Virus record (IMG/VR): IMGVR_UViG_3300032335_000786
Location: 1 to 34,665 of that record
Reading direction: 5' to 3' (one strand)
Origin: a virus
Taxonomy: Duplodnaviria; Caudoviricetes
Length of the DNA: 34,665 nucleotides
Shown here one piece after another: positions 8,828 through 18,759 of the stretch. A model generated the notes under the pieces. The model made no database searches, was not told the origin of the DNA, and saw only the letters and a program-made list of their open reading frames with translations. Every line of letters begins with the position of its first letter. The stretch's first letter is position 1. The position numbers were made by a program, and so were the translations under genes.

Positions 8828-9588
8828 GGGTCGCCTGGGTCACGCACCACATCCCCAGGGTTGAGGAAAGGCACGCGGCGCTGCTGCCTGGGAAGTATGC
8901 GGGTGGGGCGGAACGGAACACCGACTACATGGTTTCGGCGGCGCCAGCTGGTGTCGAGGTCATGTACATCGAGCCAGCCGACGCTGAGAGCGCCGCAGAC
9001 GGCTGGTTTGACCGGGTAGTAGTCGGAGGCACCGACAAACTCTCCGAGGCCTCCATGAATTTCCTAGCGGCTCTCAGGCCCATCGTTTGGGTGCAGCACG
9101 CCCAGCACCGCACACCGGCCAAGGCTGACCTGTTCCGCCAGGCCTCGCGGTTCTTGACGATGAGCCGCGCGCACATGGGCTGGGAAGCCGAGTGGACCGA
9201 CCGGGCCGACGCCTTCATTCACTCCCCTGTCCCACCGGACTGCGTCGCCCCCGCCGATAAGGAACCTTTTGCCTTGTTTGCGGGCAGGAAGCACCCGGCC
9301 AAAGGGAAACTCAACGCCCGCATTTGGGCGCAGCGCCAAGGCCTAAAACTCGTCGAGCTGGAAAACGCCCCGCACGAGGACGTCCTTGACCACATGGCCC
9401 GCGCCAAATACTTCGTCCACCTCCCCAAAGAGCGGGACGCCTGCCCCCTCGTCGTCATCGAGGCCAACCTCGCTGGCTGCGACATCGTCACCAACTCCCT
9501 CGTCGGGCGGCTAGAGCCCGGCGACCCTGCGACCGTCCTCGCCGAACAGCCCCACAAGTTCTGGCGGATTGTGGAGGAAACAGCATGA
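8824..9588 (+). CDS. Second, compact GT-B glycosyltransferase-like protein
   Basis: MRVAWVTH...GGAE, FAGRKHPAKG, DACPLVVIEANLAGCDIV (D-x7-E variant of the GT4 motif); ATGA overlap with GT1. Confidence 0.75.
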   Translation: MRVAWVTHHIPRVEERHAALLPGKYAGGAERNTDYMVSAAPAGVEVMYIEPADAESAADGWFDRVVVGGTDKLSEASMNFLAALRPIVWVQHAQHRTPAKADLFRQASRFLTMSRAHMGWEAEWTDRADAFIHSPVPPDCVAPADKEPFALFAGRKHPAKGKLNARIWAQRQGLKLVELENAPHEDVLDHMARAKYFVHLPKERDACPLVVIEANLAGCDIVTNSLVGRLEPGDPATVLAEQPHKFWRIVEETA

Positions 9589-10511
9589 AGATCGTTGTCA
9601 CCGGCTCCGCCGGCACATTGGGCGCCCCCCTAATCGCCGAGCTGCGCGAGCGCGGCCACGACGTTTGGGGCATTGAACTCCAGCACACCGGCCAGCCCCA
9701 GACCGTGCGCGCCGACGTCGCCGACTACCGGCAACTGCGCGCCGCCTTCGACCGCGTCGGCGACTTCGACCTCGTCTACCACCTAGCCGCCGAGTTCGGG
9801 CGCATCAACGGCGAGGAGCACTACGAGCAGGTGTGGCGCACCAACGCCATCGGCACCCGCAACGTACTCGAGCTTCAACGTGAGCGCGGCTTCCGCCACG
9901 TCTTCGCCTCCTCCTCCGAGGTTTACGGTGAGGCCGACGCCGAAGCCATCGACGAGCGCTACCTCCTCGAGCACGCCCAGCCGCGCCTGACCAACGACTA
10001 CGCCATCAGCAAGCGCGTGAACGAGGAGCAGATCCGCAACTTCGCGGACCGCTACGGCAACAAGACCATGACGCTGCGGTTTTTCAACGCCTACGGCCCC
10101 GGCGAGCGATATCACGACTACCGCTCAGTCGTCTGCCTCTTCGCTTACCGGCTGCTGACGGGCAAGCCAATCACGGTGTATGAGAACTACCACCGGGTCT
10201 TCATGTACCAAGGCGACTTCATCGCGACCCTCGCCAACGCCGCCACGAGCTTCGCCCCAGGCGAGACCGTGAACGTCGGCGGCGACGAGTACGTCAGCGT
10301 CGAGGACATGGCAAACATGCTGCTCAAGGTCACCGGCGCCCACCCGTCTTTGGTGAACCGGCTGCCGCTGGACAAGCACAACGTCACCAGCAAGAAGCCT
10401 GACATCTCCAAGGCCAAGGCACTGCTGCACCACAACCCGCGCACAAGGCTCGCTCAGGGACTTCCCCTGACCGTCGACTGGATGCGGAAGCATTACGAAA
10501 TCGGAGGCTGA
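9585..10511 (+). CDS. NAD-dependent nucleotide-sugar epimerase/dehydratase (extended SDR)
   Basis: VTGSAGTLG Rossmann motif, HLAA, ASSSEVYG, YAISK (YxxxK), RFFNAYGPGE. Confidence 0.95.
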   Translation: MKIVVTGSAGTLGAPLIAELRERGHDVWGIELQHTGQPQTVRADVADYRQLRAAFDRVGDFDLVYHLAAEFGRINGEEHYEQVWRTNAIGTRNVLELQRERGFRHVFASSSEVYGEADAEAIDERYLLEHAQPRLTNDYAISKRVNEEQIRNFADRYGNKTMTLRFFNAYGPGERYHDYRSVVCLFAYRLLTGKPITVYENYHRVFMYQGDFIATLANAATSFAPGETVNVGGDEYVSVEDMANMLLKVTGAHPSLVNRLPLDKHNVTSKKPDISKAKALLHHNPRTRLAQGLPLTVDWMRKHYEIGG

Positions 10512-10513
10512 CC

Positions 10514-11137
10514 GTGGCGATTAGCAACGGCTACGCAACCCTGGCGCAGATCAAGTCTGCGCTGCGCATCCCGTCCGGCGACGCCACCGACGACGCCCTC
10601 CTCGAGATGGCCGTCGAGTCCGCGTCCCGCCTCATCGACGCCTACTGCGGCAGGAACTTCATCAACGCCGGCACCGTCACCCGCTACTACAACACCGAGA
10701 ACCCCTACGTCGTGCAGATCGACGACGCCCGCTCCATCGCCCAGGTCGAAACGTCCACGGGCCTTGATGGCGTGTACGACACGACTTGGACGATTGGCAC
10801 CGCTGGCGGGCAGGGCGACGCCCAGCCCGAGCCCATCAACGACTACCTCGGCGGCGTCGTGTGGCCGTTCACCCGCATCCGCGCCATCGGCGACTACTCG
10901 TTCCCCACGGGGCCAGAGAATTCAATCAAGGTGCGGGCTGTCTTCGGCTGGCCCAACATCCCCGTCACGGTCACCCAGGCCACCATCTTGCAGTCGTCAA
11001 GAATTTTCAGCCGCTTGCAGAGTCCCCTCGGCGTTGCGGGCTTCGGCGACATGGGAATCATGCGGGTGAGCCGCGGCCTTGACCCTGACGTCGTGCAGCT
11101 CGTCGAGGGCTACCGCCGCGTCAACGGTGTCGCATGA
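10514..11137 (+). CDS. Head-tail connector/adaptor (gp6/gp15-like)
   Basis: YATLAQIKSAL...DDALLEMAVESASRLIDAYCGR...FGWP.IP..VTQA; position before the tail genes. Confidence 0.85.
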   Translation: MAISNGYATLAQIKSALRIPSGDATDDALLEMAVESASRLIDAYCGRNFINAGTVTRYYNTENPYVVQIDDARSIAQVETSTGLDGVYDTTWTIGTAGGQGDAQPEPINDYLGGVVWPFTRIRAIGDYSFPTGPENSIKVRAVFGWPNIPVTVTQATILQSSRIFSRLQSPLGVAGFGDMGIMRVSRGLDPDVVQLVEGYRRVNGVA

Positions 11138-11544
11138 CCGCCCTCACTGATCTACGCACCGGGCTCGCCAACAGGCTCGCCACCATCAGCGGCCTGCGGT
11201 CCTCGGCCTACATTCCCGACAACCCGCAGCCCCCGGTCGCGGTCGTGATGCCAGGCCGCATCACCTACGACCAGGCCTTCGGACGCGGGTCGGACGAATA
11301 CCAGTTCACCATCATGCTCATCGTCGGCCGCGTCGCCGACCGGGCATCACAGACCACGCTGGACGGCTACTGCGAATCAAGCGGCAACCGTTCAGTCAAG
11401 GCGGCAATCGAAGGCGACCGCACCCTAGGGGGCAAAGCCTTGGACTGCCGAGTCACCGAAATGACCAACCAGGGCTCGCTCGCCATTGGGGACGTCACCT
11501 ACCACACCGCCGAGTTCAACGTATCGGTCATCGCCGCCGGCTAA
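11134..11544 (+). CDS. Tail terminator/completion protein
   Basis: LRTGLANRLATISGL...SVKAAIEGDRTLGG; lies between the adaptor and the tail tube gene. Confidence 0.7.
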   Translation: MTALTDLRTGLANRLATISGLRSSAYIPDNPQPPVAVVMPGRITYDQAFGRGSDEYQFTIMLIVGRVADRASQTTLDGYCESSGNRSVKAAIEGDRTLGGKALDCRVTEMTNQGSLAIGDVTYHTAEFNVSVIAAG

Positions 11545-11556
11545 GGAGATAGCACA

Positions 11557-11985
11557 ATGGCAAAGTTCATCGGAAAGAATCTTCGCGTGAAGGTCGGCGG
11601 GACCGAGCTCACGACGAACATCGCAAGTGTTGAGGTCACTGAGACTGTCGACGAGATCGAGGTCACCGGGTTTGGGGCAAACAGCCGCAGCCGTATCGCG
11701 GGCCTCAAGGACGCCAGCGTCACCATCTCGTTCCACGCTGGATACGACGCATCCGAAGCCAACACGGTCCTCGGCACCGTGTTCGGCGGCACCGCCAACG
11801 TCGTCATCCTAGCGGGCACCAGCCTCACCCAGGGCACCGCGACGGCAGCCGCACCCCTCTACACCATCCCGGTCCTCTGCTCCCAGCAGACGCCCGTCAA
11901 CGGCCAGGTCGGCGACCTCACCACATTCGATGTGACGTGGCCCGCCATCGGCGAAATCAGCCGCTCCACCGCTGGCACGTTCTAG
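11557..11985 (+). CDS. Major tail (tube) protein
   Basis: EIEVTGFG...RIAGLKDASVTISF...GQVGDLTTFDVTWP; AAGGAG SD; precedes the chaperone and tape measure genes. Confidence 0.88.
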   Translation: MAKFIGKNLRVKVGGTELTTNIASVEVTETVDEIEVTGFGANSRSRIAGLKDASVTISFHAGYDASEANTVLGTVFGGTANVVILAGTSLTQGTATAAAPLYTIPVLCSQQTPVNGQVGDLTTFDVTWPAIGEISRSTAGTF

Positions 11986-12000
11986 GCCTAGGAGAATCCC

Positions 12001-12282
12001 TTGCGCATCCAGTTCACCATCACCTACGCCGACGGCACGGCGGCCGAGGCCACGGCCTCGGTCGCCGACCAGGTGGCCTTTGAGCAGGCACACGACCGCT
12101 CCATCGCCCGCCTTGCCGACGACTTCCGCCTCACCGACGCCTGCTGGCTTGCGTGGCACTCACTGCAGCGCACCGCCCGCACGGCCGACGACTTCAACAC
12201 CTGGCTAGACAAGGTTGAGAACGTTGAGTTTGGTCAGGGGAAGATCGTCCCTTTGGAGGGGACGACAACGCCCACTGGCTAA
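12001..12282 (+). CDS. Tail assembly chaperone (gpG-like)
   Basis: AGGAG SD, TTG start; follows the tail tube gene; contains slippery CCCTTTG at 12249-12255. Confidence 0.85.
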   Translation: MRIQFTITYADGTAAEATASVADQVAFEQAHDRSIARLADDFRLTDACWLAWHSLQRTARTADDFNTWLDKVENVEFGQGKIVPLEGTTTPTG

Positions 12283-12404
12283 TCGTCCACTTGGCCTACG
12301 AATACGGCCTCGCGCCGTCCGCCGTGCTGGCTGAGTCCGACCGCATGATCTTTACCATGTCCAAATATCTGGCATGGCGCGCGCAAGAAAGCCGGAGGAG
12401 TTGA
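12001..12404 (+). CDS. Tail assembly chaperone, -1 frameshift product (gpGT-like)
   Basis: C CCT TTG heptamer correctly phased; the -1 frame stays open (..GGDDNAHWLIVHLAYEYGLAPSAVLAESDRMIFTMSKYLAWRAQESRRS) to TGA 12402-12404. Confidence 0.85.
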
Positions 12405-12405
12405 C

Positions 12406-12969
12406 ATGGGCGACTTCACGGTGCGCATTGAGGGAGCCGACCAGGCAGTCAAGGCTTTGCGCACCATTGAGCCGGAAACCGCCAAGCAAGTTGGCAAAGA
12501 GATCTCCAGCGTCGGCAAACAAATCGCGGCCTACATAAATGCAAATGCCCCGTCCGACCCTCCCATGAGCGGCTGGAGAACTACACCCACAGCAAACCCA
12601 CAAGGCAAGCAGGGCAGGGGACGCGGCGGCAAGGGGTGGGACAGCGCTGTGACGTGGTCGCCGATTCGGGCCAGCTCAAGTAGGCGCGGCATGTCCGTCA
12701 CCATCAAAACCCAATCAAGTAACGCTGCCGCCATCATCTACGAATCCGCAGGTGTCAAGGGTGGGCGCACGTTCCGCGGCCCAGGAGGCAGCGGCGACGG
12801 AGCCCAATTCATCGCCAATTTGCAGCGTCATGCCCCCCTTGTGCAGTCAGGCAAATATCAAGGGCGTCTAGGCCGGGCAGCAATCAAGGCCAATTACGGC
12901 GAAGCCCTAAGAAAAGTTGAGGCCGCCTGCGACAAGGCAGTGTTTGAGGTAAATCGGAGGATGCCCTAA
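12406..12969 (+). CDS. Putative HK97 gp10-like tail/neck protein
   Basis: VRIEGADQAVKALR N-terminus, basic Gly-rich middle, AAIIYE.AG; stop overlaps the tape measure start. Confidence 0.55.
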   Translation: MGDFTVRIEGADQAVKALRTIEPETAKQVGKEISSVGKQIAAYINANAPSDPPMSGWRTTPTANPQGKQGRGRGGKGWDSAVTWSPIRASSSRRGMSVTIKTQSSNAAAIIYESAGVKGGRTFRGPGGSGDGAQFIANLQRHAPLVQSGKYQGRLGRAAIKANYGEALRKVEAACDKAVFEVNRRMP

Positions 12970-14882
12970 TGGCGACCATGTCTGGGTCAGGCAAGGGCAT
13001 CAACATCATCGTCGGTGCGACCTACACCGACAAGCAGCTGAAGGCTGCGATCCGCGATTTGCAGCGCATGGACCGGACCGCCAAGAAGGCTCAGGGTCCT
13101 ATCAACCAACTTGCCAGCGGGTTTCGTAACCAGCTGACACCCAACCTTGCGCTGGCTGGCGCCGCTGCCGCCGCTTTCGCGGTCAAGTTCGGTGTTGACG
13201 CGGTCAAGGCTGCTGCCGCCGAAGAAGCGGCCATAACTCGGCTGTCTCAGGCTCTCAACAACGTGGGCGAGACCACGGCACTAGAAGGCGTCGAGTCATT
13301 CATTGACGGCATGGCACGGGCCACGGGTGTCGCCGACGACCAGTTGCGCCCCGCAATGGTCACTTTGGTCAACGCCACAGGCGACGCTGCGGAGGCCCAG
13401 CGGCTCATGTCGCTGGCGCTAGACGTTTCCGCAGGCTCAGGCCGAGACCTGAGCAGCGTCACGATGGCGCTGTCTAAGGCTGCCAACGGCCAGACCACTG
13501 CCTTGCGTCGGCTTGGCGTGCCCCTGTCCGCGGCCGCTCTCAAGTCTGGGGACCTTCGGACGGTCACCGCTGAACTTAATGACGTCTTCGGGGGGCAGGC
13601 CGCAAGAGCCGCCAACACCTACGAAGGCCGCATCAAGCGGCTTGGCGTCGCCTTTGGCGAGTTGCAGGAATCCCTCGGCACCGGATTCCTCAACGGGCTG
13701 CAAGGCAGCGAGGAGGGCACACGCTCCCTTACTGGTGCGCTTGAGTCTCTTGAGCCCGCAATGGAAGGCCTAGGCGCGATGGTCGCCACTCAGGTCAACG
13801 GCCTGGGCGACCTTGTGGACATCATGGGTCTCCTAAAGTCTGAGACTGGCGAGGCTGACAGTGGCTTTGTGACGTTTATGCAGACCATCAAGACGTTCAA
13901 CCCGTCGCCGTTGGAATGGGTCAGCACGCTGCGTCGCGATCTTGAGAACACTGGCGTTGAGTTCGACACCGTCGCCGACAAGCACGCGGGCTATCAAGAC
14001 GCGGTGGTGCGCACTGCCAACGCTAGTCGCGACGCTGTCACCTACGTTGACGACTTGGGCAACGAGATCACCCAGTCGGGCGATGACGCTGAAGACGCCG
14101 CCGCGAAGTTTGACATCTTCGCTGCCGCCATCAACAAAACGGAGCAGGTAGTTTCGTTCCGGCAGGCTATTGACGATGTTGGCAATGCCTTCAAAAAGAC
14201 GAACACCCCGGTCAATATCTTTGGCGAGAAGGGTGAGGAGAACTTCAACCTTCTCAAGGGGTTGATCACCGAGACCGCGTCTTACGCTGAGTCCCAGACG
14301 ACGTTGGCCGGTCGCGCATCAGTAGCCAGCCAAGGCCTGACAACTCTTGCCGATGCGTTCAAGAACACGAAGATGGACTCTGGCACTCGGGCGCTGCTGC
14401 TTGAGCCGTTCCAAGCCCTCATTGACGATCTTGACGAAGCCGGTGTAGACGTCAGCGGCCTCCAGGTCATGCTTGACCAGCTGAAGTCCAAGACCATTGA
14501 AGTGACCGTCAAGACGACCACCGTCGGTGGCCGCCCTCCAGGCGTTTCCGCGGAGGAGTGGTACGGCGCCAAGGGCGGCATCGTCCCCAGCTACTTCGCT
14601 GGCGGCGGAATATCCCGCGGCATGGATTCCGTCCCGGCCATGCTTGCTCCCGGCGAGTTCATTATGCGTCGCCAAGCCGTCAACCAGTTCGGCTCGGAGT
14701 TGTTCTCGCAGCTAAACCGCGGCATCAACCCTCTGGCGGGCATGACCCCTACTGGCTCCGGATCGGCGGGCGGTTTCCAGATCGGCACTATCAATGTGGT
14801 CTCCGCACCCGGTGAGCGTGCCGAGACATCCCTTCCCCGTGCGCTGCGTCGCGCGGCTTTCCTGGCAGGCGTGAATGGCTGA
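12969..14882 (+). CDS. Tape measure protein
   Basis: 637-aa Ala-rich helical protein; TGVADDQLRPA, ALDVSAGSG, and C-terminal DSVPAMLAPGEFIM motif. Confidence 0.92.
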   Translation: MATMSGSGKGINIIVGATYTDKQLKAAIRDLQRMDRTAKKAQGPINQLASGFRNQLTPNLALAGAAAAAFAVKFGVDAVKAAAAEEAAITRLSQALNNVGETTALEGVESFIDGMARATGVADDQLRPAMVTLVNATGDAAEAQRLMSLALDVSAGSGRDLSSVTMALSKAANGQTTALRRLGVPLSAAALKSGDLRTVTAELNDVFGGQAARAANTYEGRIKRLGVAFGELQESLGTGFLNGLQGSEEGTRSLTGALESLEPAMEGLGAMVATQVNGLGDLVDIMGLLKSETGEADSGFVTFMQTIKTFNPSPLEWVSTLRRDLENTGVEFDTVADKHAGYQDAVVRTANASRDAVTYVDDLGNEITQSGDDAEDAAAKFDIFAAAINKTEQVVSFRQAIDDVGNAFKKTNTPVNIFGEKGEENFNLLKGLITETASYAESQTTLAGRASVASQGLTTLADAFKNTKMDSGTRALLLEPFQALIDDLDEAGVDVSGLQVMLDQLKSKTIEVTVKTTTVGGRPPGVSAEEWYGAKGGIVPSYFAGGGISRGMDSVPAMLAPGEFIMRRQAVNQFGSELFSQLNRGINPLAGMTPTGSGSAGGFQIGTINVVSAPGERAETSLPRALRRAAFLAGVNG

Positions 14883-15519
14883 GACGTACAAGATCGGCGC
14901 GACCGACGTCACCACATTCCTCACCCACCTCCAGGTCATTGACGGCAACATCGGCGTCGCGCCGCTGCGCCAGGACGACTACTCGGTGCCGGGCCGCACC
15001 GGCGCCATCGCCGCAACCCCGTGGTGGGGTCCGCGTGTGGTCACGTTCGGCGGCATCGTCGCGGGCTTGACTCGGCCCGCGATGCAGACCAACCTCAAGA
15101 GCCTCGGCTCCCTCGTGCTCAACGGCGGCGACACATTCACGATCTCGCGCACGATCGACACGGCCGGCACCCCGACGCACACGGCCACGGCCCGCTACCT
15201 CGGCGGCCTCGAGCAGTCCGAGGCGCTGTCGAACCGGGTCGTCCGCGTCGCCTTCGACGTGCAGCTCATGGACGGGTTCTGGTACGAGTCCGCCTACACC
15301 CCCGGCACCGCACTGGCCGGCACCACCGTCGTCAACGTCAACGGCGACGCCCCCACCCAAGACATCACCCTCACCTACTCCATCGGCGCCGGGTCGCAGC
15401 GGATCACCAACTCCGCCTACCCCGGCCTGGCCCGGCTGACGTTGAAGCCTGGCAATAACACTTTGGTCGTTACGGGCGGCGGCAGCGTGACCATGAGCTA
15501 CCGGGCGGCGTGGCTGTGA
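14875..15519 (+). CDS. Distal tail protein (Dit-like)
   Basis: Directly after the tape measure gene; VPGRTG, FWY, NVNGDAP, LKPGNNTL. Confidence 0.75.
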   Translation: MAETYKIGATDVTTFLTHLQVIDGNIGVAPLRQDDYSVPGRTGAIAATPWWGPRVVTFGGIVAGLTRPAMQTNLKSLGSLVLNGGDTFTISRTIDTAGTPTHTATARYLGGLEQSEALSNRVVRVAFDVQLMDGFWYESAYTPGTALAGTTVVNVNGDAPTQDITLTYSIGAGSQRITNSAYPGLARLTLKPGNNTLVVTGGGSVTMSYRAAWL

Positions 15520-17330
15520 CCCATCTGCGCCTCGACGTCTACGACCCCTTGAACCAGACCTATCAGGGGACTTTGTCGCAGTCACTAACCAGCGAATTTG
15601 TGGATGAGTTCAACCAGCCGGGCTACGGCACCGTCACGGTGCCCCTGTTCTCTGCGGACGCTGCGCTGCTGGTGAAGGACGCCGTCGTGCGCGTCATCTA
15701 CCGCGACGCGGTCAGGTTCGCTTGGTTTGTTGAGACCCGTGACCGGGATCTTGCCAACGCGAGCGGGCAGCAGACGCTTACGGCTTCGGGGCGCGGGCTG
15801 CTGGCCTGGCTTGAGGACGCCGTGCTCTACCCGCAGGGCGGGCTCGCTGACTTCCTCGCCCCCGACCGGCCGTTCAACTGGGCATCGGGACCGGGGTCTT
15901 GGCGGTCCTCCGGCAACTACCAGGCCGCCCTTGGTGTGCAGTGGAAGAACGACACCACCTCGCGCAAGAACCTCCCGGTCAGGTGGAAAGACCCCTCGGC
16001 GCAGTGGATTTGGCGGACCAACCCCGAGACTGTTGTGCAGCGCGGCACCGTCAACTGGTTCTACCGCGACTTCACCCTCACCGACGCCACCCGCGTCAAG
16101 TTCTACGCCTCCTGCGACAACAGCATGGACGTCTTCCTCGACGGCCAGCAGATCATGTCCAGTAGCGACTTCGACCAAGAGGCCGCCTCCTTCACCCAAA
16201 TGGCGCGGTTCACCATACGCCTCGGCATCGGCAGCCACACCCTCGCCGCCAGAGTCAAGAACGACAAGCCCTGGCAGCGCTACGACCTCGCCGTCACCGC
16301 AAGCGACGACAAGGTCTCCTGCTCCGGCCACGGCCTCGCAAACGGCACCCAGGTCACCGTCACCGACAAGTCAGGCGCCACCGGGCTCAACGCAGGCACC
16401 ACCTACTTTGTGCGCGCCAAGACCGACGACGACTTCAAACTCGCCACCACAAACTCTGACGGCACCATCGTGAACGTAACCACCAACGGCAAGATCGACC
16501 TGCGCCTCAAGGTGGACAACACGGCCGGCTTCATTCTCACCGGCATTGAGGTCAACTCCGACGGCAAAGAGACTGACACGGTCGTCGTGCGCACCAACAC
16601 CTCGTGGCAGGTGTCCTCCACCGAGCCCTACTGGCGCCCGGCCATGATCCTCAAGACCCTCGCTGAGGAAGCCTCTACGCGCGGCGTGTACCGCATGAAC
16701 CGCCTCACCTACGGGTTCACCAACTCCGCGCCGACCAGCGGCTCGTGGACTACCGAGGCGGACCTGACCCTCAAGGTGGGCGCCACCCTGCTCACCGTTC
16801 TTGACGACATGGTCGACCTAGGCCACGACTTCTGGCTGGACCCGTCCACCCTTGAGCTTGAGGCTTGGGAGTCCCGCGGCACCGACCGCTCGGCCACCGT
16901 GCTGCTCGACACCGGGCAGAACCTCGCCCGGTTCGCCACCAGCGTCGAGCGGCCCCTCAAGACCGTCGCCCTGGTGCGCACCAAGAACGGCTGGCTGCGC
17001 ACCGCAGACAACACGCTTCGGGACGCCAACGGCTGGCGCGAGACCTTCCTTGAGTACGGAAACACCGCATCCGAGGACGTCGCCAAGCGCCAGGCCAACC
17101 GCGTCCTCGCCCGTACCGGCAAGACGCAGGTTCTCGCCCAAGGCGTCGAGGTCGTTGTCACCACCGGCGCGGTCCCCTATGTGGACTTCGCGGTCGGCGA
17201 CGTCGTCTCGATCCCTAACCCGTCGGGCACGGGCCTGCCCAACAAGGCGCGGATCTTGTCCATTGGTCTCAAGGAGGAGGGCGGCGGCGTGTCCTTCCAG
17301 CCCGAGCTTGAGGTGATCACAAGTGCCTGA
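15510..17330 (+). CDS. Minor tail / baseplate hub protein with inserted beta-rich domains
   Basis: Follows Dit; PYVDFAVGDVV C-terminal motif; internal AQWIW..FYRDF..SCDN segment and HGLANGTQV..TYFV..DDFKLA segment. Confidence 0.75.
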   Translation: MAVTHLRLDVYDPLNQTYQGTLSQSLTSEFVDEFNQPGYGTVTVPLFSADAALLVKDAVVRVIYRDAVRFAWFVETRDRDLANASGQQTLTASGRGLLAWLEDAVLYPQGGLADFLAPDRPFNWASGPGSWRSSGNYQAALGVQWKNDTTSRKNLPVRWKDPSAQWIWRTNPETVVQRGTVNWFYRDFTLTDATRVKFYASCDNSMDVFLDGQQIMSSSDFDQEAASFTQMARFTIRLGIGSHTLAARVKNDKPWQRYDLAVTASDDKVSCSGHGLANGTQVTVTDKSGATGLNAGTTYFVRAKTDDDFKLATTNSDGTIVNVTTNGKIDLRLKVDNTAGFILTGIEVNSDGKETDTVVVRTNTSWQVSSTEPYWRPAMILKTLAEEASTRGVYRMNRLTYGFTNSAPTSGSWTTEADLTLKVGATLLTVLDDMVDLGHDFWLDPSTLELEAWESRGTDRSATVLLDTGQNLARFATSVERPLKTVALVRTKNGWLRTADNTLRDANGWRETFLEYGNTASEDVAKRQANRVLARTGKTQVLAQGVEVVVTTGAVPYVDFAVGDVVSIPNPSGTGLPNKARILSIGLKEEGGGVSFQPELEVITSA

Positions 17331-18759
17331 CGGCCAGATGCGGCGCGCCCCGCAGCTGTGGGAGCAGCGCCTCGCCCGCACCACCTCCATCCTCGGCGCC
17401 GGCATTTCCTCCTCGGGGGATGCCACGGCCATCGTGCCCCCGTCCCCGCCGCCTGGCACTGGCGGCGGCACCGAGCCCGCCCCGGTCGCACCCGCGCCTG
17501 GCCTGTTTATCGCCCCCTCAGCGCCGACACTGATCGGCTCGGTGCAGGGCATCAACGTCGTCTGGAACGGCCTCAACTCGGCCGGCGACCTGTGGCCCTC
17601 GGACACGTCCTACGTCGAGGTTCACATGTCCACGGCGGGCACTGGGTTCACCCCAGACGCCAGCACCCTCAAGGGCCGCCTCGTGCGCCCTGGCGGGCTT
17701 GCAGTCGTCGGCCTCACTAGCGGCGTCACCTACCACTTCCGGCTTCGGGGAGCCGACCCCGCAGGCAATTTCACCAGCGCGGGCGCAGCAGCCAGCGGCA
17801 CACCTGGCCTGATCAACGCCCCCGACATCGCCGCCAACGCCATCACGGCCAACAGCATCGTCGCTGGCACGATCACCGGCTGGAGCATCAACGCAGCCTT
17901 CCTATCCGGTGGCACGGTCTCAGGCGGGCTGGTCACGGGCGGCACGATCACTGGCGCGGTCATCACCTCGACGAGCGTCGCTGGCTACCTGACACCCGGC
18001 GACATTGGGTCGGGCGGCAGCACCACGATTGACGGGGGACGGATCACCACCGGCACGGTTGCCGCCGCCCGCATTGACGTCGCCAACCTAACCGCAGAGA
18101 AACTAACCAGCGGCCCGTTCAGCAGTCGCCGCGTGGTCATCGGAGAAGTCGGCAGTACCGATGCGGTCCAATTCAAGGGTGCCTCAACATCCAACGGCTG
18201 GGTGCTAGCCCACAACGCCATCGGCAACAACCTGTCACTTTCCAGCACCTACTCCGGTGTCACGTTCCAAATCTTGCCATCCGTAGACATCTCTGGCGGC
18301 CTAACCGTCACCGACTCAGCCGTCTTTATGCCTGGCGTCTACACCAACAACACGACCGGCATCGACAGCGTCGGCATCACCACCGGCAACCGCCTTCGCC
18401 GCATCTCCTCCTCCCAAGAAATCAAGTACGACATCACGCCCCTGTCCGGCGCACTCTCCGCAAGTGTTGAGCCCGACCGCGTCAGCGACGTCGCCACGGT
18501 TGACCCGTCGGCCATCCTCGACGTCGCCGTCACCGAGTTCTCCGTCATTGACGAGGGCGAGCCAACTGAGCGGCGCGTGCTCGGCTTCATCGCTGACGAC
18601 GTCGCCGACAAACTCCCCATCGCTGTCACCCGCTACGAGGACGGCCGCCCCGCTGGTGTACTTGACACCTCCCTGCTGGCTGCTGTCTTGGCTGTCGTTC
18701 AAGACCAGGCCGCCACCATCGAAGACTTGCGCGCCCGCATCGAAGCCTTGGAGGCCTAA
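17323..18759 (+). CDS. Tail spike/fibre protein with FN3-like domain and C-terminal intramolecular chaperone (S74-like)
   Basis: GLTSGVTYHFRLRGAD.AGN (FN3-like), IAANAITANSIVAGTIT repeats, SSQEIKYDI...GFIADDV, terminal coiled coil IEDLRARIEALEA. Confidence 0.8.
   Translation: MPDGQMRRAPQLWEQRLARTTSILGAGISSSGDATAIVPPSPPPGTGGGTEPAPVAPAPGLFIAPSAPTLIGSVQGINVVWNGLNSAGDLWPSDTSYVEVHMSTAGTGFTPDASTLKGRLVRPGGLAVVGLTSGVTYHFRLRGADPAGNFTSAGAAASGTPGLINAPDIAANAITANSIVAGTITGWSINAAFLSGGTVSGGLVTGGTITGAVITSTSVAGYLTPGDIGSGGSTTIDGGRITTGTVAAARIDVANLTAEKLTSGPFSSRRVVIGEVGSTDAVQFKGASTSNGWVLAHNAIGNNLSLSSTYSGVTFQILPSVDISGGLTVTDSAVFMPGVYTNNTTGIDSVGITTGNRLRRISSSQEIKYDITPLSGALSASVEPDRVSDVATVDPSAILDVAVTEFSVIDEGEPTERRVLGFIADDVADKLPIAVTRYEDGRPAGVLDTSLLAAVLAVVQDQAATIEDLRARIEALEA

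Noticed and set aside
18283-18294. GTAGACATCTCT matching 12 nt of the second HTH operator
   Set aside because: It lies inside a tail gene and lacks the complete right half-site; likely chance.
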